In this document: positions 56,127 to 64,000 of the stretch, one piece after another
Numbering within the stretch: the stretch's first letter is position 1
Layout: each line of letters opens with the position of its first letter
DNA from: Lama glama
Lineage: Eukaryota
Direction: 5' to 3'
Assembly: GCA_028534125.1 (NCBI GenBank)
Contig: CM052817.1
Coordinates: 48,610,001 to 48,674,000 of the forward strand
DNA: 64,000 bases
Notes under the pieces: generated by a model
Database searches by the model: none
Told to the model about the DNA's origin: nothing
Seen by the model: the letters and a program-made list of their open reading frames with translations, nothing else
Made by a program: the position numbers and the translations under genes

Positions 56127-56387
56127 AGGGATTCTCAACCAGGGATAATTTTATGCCCCTCAGCACCCCAGGGAACATTAAAAAACGTCTTGAGTGATAT
56201 GGGAATATCTCTGATTGTCACAATTTCAGGGTGGGGAATGGAGGAGGAAGGATTTCCTATTACCATCTAGTGAGTAGAGGCCAGAGATGCTGCTAAATAT
56301 TCTACAATGCACAGGACAGGCCTCTCCCCTTTCATCAAAAAAATTATCAAGCTCCAGAAGCCAATAGTGGCAAGGTTGGGAAACTGC
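56127..56387. mobile_element. MER20-like hAT-Charlie DNA transposon
   Basis: cagggattctcaacc...catctagtgagtagaggccagagatgctgctaaatattctacaatgcacaggacag...ggttgggaaactg, with terminal inverted repeats. Confidence 0.85.
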
Positions 56388-56989
56388 AGTCGAAGAATGC
56401 TATAAAATTTCTGAGGTTGAAGAAATACTTTGGGGCTTTGGAGTCAGGTATGAGGAGAATAGGTTTATGCTGAGCCCTTAAAGAAGGATGAGATTTTACA
56501 AGATGCTGGTGACTGAGTGGACTGATAACTATTAAGTTTTCTAGGAAAATAATCTGATAGAGTGTCATGCATTAAGCTTTAGGGAAAGGGAAAAGGGCAG
56601 AGAGTATGATCATATCAGGGAAGGCCAATTTTTAAAGCTGATTTTGTGTTAGAATAATAAAAGCAATAATAAAGGTTTCATGGATCTTATACTAAAGTAT
56701 CTGATATTAATAGCATATTTTTAGTGATCACTTACCATGCACCAGATGCTGTGCTTAATAGTCCTTCATTCATCTTTATGAACCACCTCATGAGATAAGT
56801 ACTATGAAAACTGAGCTTTAGAAAGGGTACTATGTCCTTCAGAGTTAATAAATAGCACAGCTGGGAGTTAATCTCCAAAGACCATGCTTTTTTTTAGTGC
56901 AAGTTTTTTTCATTATTTCAGAGGATTATATTCCTTATAAGAATGATGTATGCAATTATTTTAAAGAATTTCCTATCTTTGAACTCGAA

Positions 56990-58193
56990 TTTATTTTTTT
57001 GAACAATATAACATTTTTTATTGATTTATAATCATTTTACAATGTTGTGTCAAATTCCAGTGTAGAGCACAATTTTTCAGTTATACATGAACATATATAT
57101 ATTCATTGTCACATTTTTTTCTCTGTGAGCTACTATGAAATCTTGTATATATTTCCCTGTGCTATACAGTATAATCTTGTTTATCTATTCTACAATTTTG
57201 AAATCGCAGTCTATCCCTTCCCAACCCCCGCCCCCTTGGCAACCACAAGTTTGTATTCTATGTCTATGAGTCTATTTCTGTTTTGTNNNNNNNNNNNNNN
57301 NNNNNNNNNNNNNNNNNNNNNNNNNNNNNNNNNNNNNNNNNNNNNNNNNNNNNNNNNNNNNNNNNNNNNNNNNNNNNNNNNNNNNNNNNNNNNNNNNNNN
57401 NNNNNNNNNNNNNNNNNNNNNNNNNNNNNNNNNNNNNNNNNNNNNNNNNNNNNNNNNNNNNNNNNNNNNNNNNNNNNNNNNNNNNNNNNNNNNNNNNNNN
57501 NNNNNNNNNNNNNNNNNNNNNNNNNNNNNNNNNNNNNNNNNNNNNNNNNNNNNNNNNNNNNNNNNNNNNNNNNNNNNNNNNNNNNNNNNNNNNNNNNNNN
57601 NNNNNNNNNNNNNNNNNNNNNNNNNNNNNNNNNNNNNNNNNNNNNNNNNNNNNNNNNNNNNNNNNNNNNNNNNNNNNNNNNNNNNNNNNNNNNNNNNNNN
57701 NNNNNNNNNNNNNNNNNNNNNNNNNNNNNNNNNNNNNNNNNNNNNNNNNNNNNNNNNNNNNNNNNNNNNNNNNNNNNNNNNNNNNNTTGTTTTTTTGGTA
57801 TTAAGTTGTATGAGCCATTTATATATTCTGGAAATTAAGCCCTTGTCAGTCTCATCTTTTGCAAATGTTTTCTCCCATTTTGTACATTGTCTTATTGTTT
57901 TGCTTATGGTTTCCTTTGCTGTGCAAAAGCTTATAAGTTTAATTAGATCCCATTTATTTATTTTTGCTTTTATTTCAATTGCCTGGGTAGACTGTTCTAG
58001 GAGAATACTGCTAAGATTTATATCAGATAATATTTTGCCTATGTTTTCTTCTAAGAGGTTTATACTGTCTTGTCTTATGTTTAAGTCTTAGTCATTTTGA
58101 GTTTATTTTTGTATATGGTGTGAAGGAGTGTTCTCACTTCACTGATTCACATGCAGCTGTGCAGTTTTCTCAATACCACTTGCTGAAAAGACA
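56990..58193 (-). mobile_element. 5'-truncated L1 (3' UTR plus ORF2 end) interrupted by a 500-N gap (57287-57786)
   Basis: 57787-58190 is nearly colinear with the L1 at 26890-27300 (e.g. tatattctggaaattaagcccttgtcagtctcatcttttgcaaat). Confidence 0.92.
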
Positions 58194-58889
58194 TTGAACT
58201 TTAATATTAAAGGTCAAAGACCATCATATTAAATTTACTGATGGTAAAGAAAGGCACTCAAACTCCTTTTCCTCAAAAATGTTATAGTCTAGTTGAAGAA
58301 ACCATATGTGACATTGATACATGAGCTGACATAAGCCTTATTATGAAAAATCTTACTATGTTAAAGATAGGATACAAAGTGCTAAGTTGCTAACAATGTG
58401 GGCTTTGAGGTCAAAGTGATCAGGTGTGTCCTGGGGAAATTACTTCACCATTCTGTGCCTCAGTTTCCTGATCTGTAATAGAGTATAAATAAAGTGCTAC
58501 ATCAAATAAATGAAATAGTGTACTAAGATGATTAGAACAGTGTTTGTACATTGCAAGCATGCAATTAATGCAAATTATTTATTTAGGGTAAATGCTAAAG
58601 GGATGTCAAATAAGGGGGTTAGTAGAATAGGAGACTTAATCATAGAAGCATTCTTGCAGAAAGTGAGTTTTAAAAGTGAAATTGCTGGTAAAGAATATAG
58701 GATATAAGGTGAAAGGCCCTTCTATGTTGAAGGAAAGACCTATGAAAAGAAAGAAACTGGTTGCACGATGGTGAAAGGAAAGCAGACTGGCTGAGGTTAA
58801 ACGATAGTAGGGAACCTAGTGAAGAAAATGTATCCAGTTGGTAGAATGTGATGTGATCATGATGCCAAACTGAAACTCAGTTTTTCCTT

Positions 58890-59048
58890 TTATTTTTTTA
58901 ACATTTTTTATTGATTTATAATCATTTTACAATGTTGTGTCAAATTCCAGTGTTCAGCACAATTTTTCAGTCATTCATGGACATATACACACTCATTGTC
59001 ACATTTTTTTCTCTGTGATTTATCATAACATTTTGTGTATATTTCCCT
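58890..59048 (-). mobile_element. Short L1 3' end from the same young subfamily as 57011-57160
   Basis: Shares acattttttattgatttataatcattttacaatgttgtgtcaaattccagtgt exactly with the sequence from 57011 onward. Confidence 0.85.
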
Positions 59049-59969
59049 TTTAGAGGGTAGGTATGGTGGTAATAACTGTCTAGAACAGTGAAGCAATTAG
59101 TTTCTCTTCTGTTTTTGCATGTAAGTTACATATAGCCAAAGGATGGTACCAGGAAAATAAAATTTTGTCCCAGTTTTTAAATTTTTTGGTTCGCCATGAT
59201 GTAAAAATCTGATTATTTGGATATATTAAAAAATTTAATATACATAAAAATAATAGTTTATATTTATTGTCTTTTCTGTGTTCTAGGTCCTGGACATTTA
59301 TTGCATTTTATCTGTACAACAACTCTTTCAGGCAGGTACTACTGTTATTGTCAGTTTTACAGATGAAGAAACTGAGTTGAGTTGGGTTAAGTAATTTGCC
59401 CAAAGTCACATAGGTAGACAGTGGTGCTCTGGATTCAACCCATATCTGTCTGACACTGGGATCAAATTGCACCAAAAGATCAAAAATTTCTCAATGGAGA
59501 GGAGCTGAATGTTAAAAAGGAATTATTATTAATTGGATTTGAATTTTATTGCAGCTTGAATTAGTGGCTGAAATTGCTCCCTTATGCATTCAACAACTGA
59601 GCATCTAATGTGTACCAGGCAATACTCTAGACATGAAATATGAAAGTGAACAAAACAAGACAAAAACCCCTCAAATAGCTCACCTGCTAGTGGGGGAAAC
59701 AGTCAATTAACAAGGTTAGTATGTTAAATACATGGTATAAGTGCCAAGGAGAAAAAATTGAGCAGGAAAAAAGCATAGGAATTGTTAAGAATGTGTTTTG
59801 AAATTTTAGATAGGGTGGCTATGGAAGGTCTCAGTATAAAGAAGTCATCTGGGAAGGAAGTGAGAGACGACATTCTGGCTGGGTTCTACAGCCTCAAGGG
59901 GGCCAAAAGTGGAAGCATAGTACAGGTTAGGAGAGATTGCAATAATCCAGGTGAGAGACGATGGTGGCT

Positions 59970-60212
59970 TGGGATACAGCAAAAGCAATCCTAAGAGAGA
60001 AGTTCATAGTAATACAGACCTTCCTCAAAAAACAAGAACAATCCCAAATAGACAACCTAACTTACCACCTAAAAAAATTAGAAAAAGATGAACAAACAAA
60101 GCCTAACGTCAGCAGAAGGAAAGAAAGAATAAAGATCACAGAGGAAAGAAATAAAATAGAGATAAAAAATAATAGAAAAAATCAAACAAACCAAGAACTG
60201 GTTTTTTGAAAG
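59970..60212 (+). mobile_element. Isolated internal L1 ORF2 fragment with no tail
   Basis: WDTAKAILREKFIVIQTFLKKQEQSQIDNLTYHLKKLEKDEQTKPNVSRRKE is the region just after the ORF2 endonuclease domain. Confidence 0.9.
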
Positions 60213-60307
60213 GGAGGTCAAGAAACTTGCTAAAGATATATGTCTGATAAGTATATCAGAATTTAAATTCAGGTCAGTATGACTCCAAAATCCATACATG
60301 TTGTTTT

Positions 60308-61329
60308 TTTGTTTTTGTTTTTTTTATTTTTATTTTTTAATTTAAGTATAATTGATTTATAATATTATATTACATATACAACATCATGATTCAGTGTTTT
60401 TACAGATTATATTCTATTAAAAGTTATTACAAGATAATGGCTATAATTCCCTGTGCTATACAATATATTCTTGTTGCTTATCTATTTTATACATAGTAGT
60501 TTGTATCTCTTAACCCCCTATCCCTAATTTGCTCCCCACTTCTCCCCTTCGGTAACCACTAGTTTGTTTTCTCTATCTGTGAGTTTATTTCTATTTTGCT
60601 ATACATTTATTTGTACTATTATTTAGATTCTACATATAAGTGATATCATACAGTATTTGCCTTTGTCTGACTTTTTTCATTAAGCATAACATTCTCTAGG
60701 TCCATCCATGTTGCTGCAAATGGCAGAATTTTATTCTCTTTATGGCTGAATAATATTCCTTTGTGTATGTGTGTGTGTGTGTGTGTGTAGACACACACAC
60801 ATCACATGATCTTTATCCATTGGTCTGTTGATGAGCACTTGGGTTGCTTCTATATCCTGGCTATTGTAAATAATGCTGCTGTGAACACCAGGTGCACGTA
60901 TCTTTTTGAATCAGTGTTTGCATTTTTTTCCCAGGTATATGCCCAGCAGTGAAATTGCCAGATCACATGGTAGTTATATTTTTAGTTTTTAAAGGAAACT
61001 TTATACTGTTTTCTGTAGTGGATACACCAATTTACATTCCCACCAACAGTGTAAAAGGTTACCCGTTGTCTACATCGTCTTCAGCATTTGTTATTTGTAG
61101 ACTTTTTGATGATAGCCACTCTGACAGGTGTGAGGTGATAGCTAATTGTAGTTTTGATTTGCATTTTTTTGGTAATTAGGGATGTTGAGCATCTTTTAAT
61201 GTACCTACTATTTGTCTCTATGCCTTCTTTGGAAAAATATCTATTCAGCTCTTCTACCTATTTTTTGATTGGGTTGTTTGTTTTTTTGATATTGATTTGA
61301 TACTGAGTTGTATGAGCTGTTTATGTACG
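60308..61329 (-). mobile_element. 5'-truncated L1 inserted into a MIR, with an internal (GT)n/(AC)n at about 60762-60800
   Basis: L1 3' UTR and ORF2 end (ctgacaggtgtgaggtgatagctaattgtagttttgatttgcat). Imperfect TSD TACATG(T/C)TGTTT at about 60295 and 61330, and the MIR resumes afterwards. Confidence 0.88.
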
Positions 61330-62269
61330 TACATGCTGTTTACTCTACATCACACTGTCCTTAAGTAGGAAACTGGACCTGAATGGATTATATTAATCAG
61401 CATTATTTACTTTAAGATTTGAAGTGCTCTGAATATGTTGCATATTAATTCATAACATTATTTCACAGTATTAATCCATAGTGGTTGTTAAAAATGAAAG
61501 GAAGCCCAGACACTTGACTCAATTATTTTGTTTTGGTCACGGGCTCTTGTATGTTAAAAACAATATAAAATAAATAAGACAACTTTCTACCTAAAGCCTG
61601 GTGTTACAAGTTATGGTATAAGTGCTCTGCAAGTATGCATGTTCTGCTACTATTCTGCTTTTTTAGATAGTATCTCCTTGCTCATTTCTTAGCTAAATTT
61701 TGTCATTTGTACCAATCCTTAAAAGGCAAAGAAACTTACTGATTTGTTTTGGAAGAGCTGGTCAGAACCAGCTGTCTCTGATTAAAAGGCCTAAACCAAC
61801 TTGGAAAAAAAATCACATTATTTTCAATCCACATTTTTGAATGATAGGCAATGTCTGAAAGTTATCTATGGGGGTAATTACCAGGGAAAATATAGGCTAG
61901 AAAAATAAGAAATGGGTAGGCTGTCTTTGGTCCAAAAACCAAAGAAATGAATCAACAGAAAAGTAAACCAGTAGAGACAGCATACCTTAAATTATAGAAT
62001 TTTCATGATTTATTTAAGAAACCAGTTAAAACTGGAGAAGCATTTAAAAAAGTATGATTAAAATTTTTTTGTGAGATAAATATATATTAAAGAATTAGAA
62101 AATGTAAATTTGCCAAGCAGTTTCATTTCTCCAGATGGTTCCTATAGATCTGTAATTGCTAATGATGATTGTAAATGATATAATACAATAATAGTGAGTA
62201 TTAATGAGCTCTTGTAATGTACCAGGCATATAGTAAGCACTCCACAGGCATTATGCCATGCAAAGCTCA

Positions 62270-63050
62270 AGTTTCAGCAAACTGTGTTTCTGAATGGTAG
62301 CTATGAGCAATGTTGGGGTGTCACTGTCCCCCTGAACAGGGAAAGCATCCCTCCTTATTTTTCTTACACCTGCCTGGCTTCACTCATATATGTTACCTGC
62401 CTTACCTGGGTGGGCATTTTGGCTTGTGATTCCTGCTCTAAATCTTAAGTGCTTTTCACTACAGCATGCTGGATGACTTTGGCTAAATTGACTTTCTACT
62501 CTCTCACTGAGCTTACATTGTAATGTGGCGTGCACTGTTACAAGTTGTAAGAACAAAATAGGCTTCTTAATTAAGAAAAGTGAAATAGGAACAGATGCAT
62601 TTTCAGACCTCATGGAGATAGGATGTCATCCAGTATCTTGAGATTGCTCTGGTATCTGCCAGCACCTTCACGGATCAGCAGGCATTGCAGCTTTTCCTCT
62701 AGTGGCTGTGCCTTCTTGCAGAGACACAGCTAATGTCTGTGCTGCTTTGCATGACCCGGCTGTTACTAACTGCCTCTTCCTAAGTCTCCAGTTTAAATTT
62801 TCTGAGAGGACCTGACTGATTTAACTAAGCACTATTCCATATAGGAGATCTGGATTGGGCAGAACTTTTGGGGTCAGGGAACCTGATAGACTGTTGGCCA
62901 GGAAAAGTACCCATCCCTAGTCCAATCTGTTGTGTCCAGGGAGGGAGGGTGAAAGTTACAAAGCATGATTAAGGAAACTTTTAGAAGAGAATGTGGGTCT
63001 GGTAGGCATTTTGAAGCTCCCAGAAGGGGTTATGACTGTCAGATACCTTT
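62270..63050. mobile_element. Possible ancient ERVL/MaLR LTR
   Basis: Segments such as ccatccctagtccaatctgttgtgtccaggg resemble old LTR families. The family cannot be assigned by eye. Confidence 0.4.
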
Positions 63051-63534
63051 CTTGGCCTGTTCAGTATAAGCTTCCTGACATAACGGTTATATTTTTTAAA
63101 AAGTTAAAATCAGACTACTCTTTTATTAATTTATATTAAGCAGCAGAGGTCGCCTCTTGTCAGATTATCTCCCTGTAGAAAGATCTACATCAAAAGCTAA
63201 ATCATAATCACCTAATTATTTATAAATATAGATGTTAAGTGGCAAAAGACTAAGTTGGTTTGACATATAGAGCTAACAAGAGGGATGGATTTGCCACTGG
63301 CCCTGGAATACATGAAGCTGCTTAGCCACAACTTTCTGCATCTTCCCCACATTAGAGATGACCTTACAGATGATTTGTTACTCTGAAGATCACTGGAAAG
63401 AGCTCCTTCAGTAGGTGATGTATGGCTAGACACGACCAGTGTTTCTGACTTGCCTTTTTCTAAGGATGATATTTAATTTTTAACTTTTAGCTGAAGAATT
63501 GTTAATTTTTTCAAAATGAGAATATTTAATATTA

Positions 63535-63765
63535 ATTTTATTTAAAAATTTAAAATTGCAGTATAGTTGATGTACAATCCTATATATAAGGTATAGGTGT
63601 ACAACATAGTGACTCAGTTTTTAAAGGTTATACTCCATTTATAGTTATTATAAAATATTGGCTGTATTCCCTGTGTAGGGCAATACATTCTTTTTTATTT
63701 ATTTATTTATTTTAATTGAAGTATAGTCAGTTTACAATGTATCAATTTCTAGTGTACTAGCATTC
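63535..63765 (-). mobile_element. Two tandem L1 3' terminal fragments
   Basis: attgcagtatagttgatgtacaa...ggctgtattccctgtg, followed by tttaattgaagtatagtcagtttacaatgt. Confidence 0.75.
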
Positions 63766-64000
63766 TAAGGTCTGCCAGGAATAGTGTGCTCAATGTGGAG
63801 TTTCTGGAGTATATGGAGCAGAATTTGTCTTTGAAGAGAGGCCTATTAACATTTTCTCACCCACATCTAGTCCACAGGACTACACATTCTCAAAGTGTGA
63901 TCTGGGGACACCCAGAGGTTCTGAGATCCCTTTTTGGTCCTGGAATTCAAAACTATCTTTTATAACAGTACCAAGATGTTATTTGCTCTTTTCAATCTCA

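Noticed and set aside
57047..57838. 263-aa and 173-aa ORFs
   Set aside because: Artefacts of translating through the 500-N gap.
52600..64000. Exons of AMTN or another SCPP gene upstream of AMBN
   Set aside because: I could not recognise any. The region reads as repeats and unique non-coding DNA, though very short exons could be missed by eye.

Overview
This is mammalian genomic DNA: AT-rich, CpG-depleted, with GT-AG introns and MIR/L2/L1/ERV-L/hAT repeats. It is part of the well-known SCPP enamel-gene cluster. From left to right it holds the last two coding exons and 3' UTR of JCHAIN (+), then tail-to-tail with it the complete enamelin gene ENAM (-, 8 coding exons, 3441 nt, 1146 aa). After a ~16 kb intergenic spacer with a decayed ERV-L provirus comes the complete ameloblastin gene AMBN (-, 11 coding exons, 1254 nt, 417 aa), then ~11 kb of repeat-rich upstream DNA. 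I assembled both enamel genes exon by exon: all splice sites are GT-AG, all introns are phase 0 and there are no stops, so both look intact. A tRNA-Ala-derived SINE with TSDs suggests a camelid (inference). I found no convincing undescribed gene system. The most interesting observations are regulatory or structural: an out-of-frame uORF overlapping the ENAM start, a CTCF-like motif between JCHAIN and ENAM, a CpG/RUNX/E-box cluster between AMBN and ENAM, small in-frame indels in ENAM and AMBN, and two atypical L1 insertions. Ortholog comparisons are from memory and need alignment; repeat boundaries are approximate unless TSDs are given.
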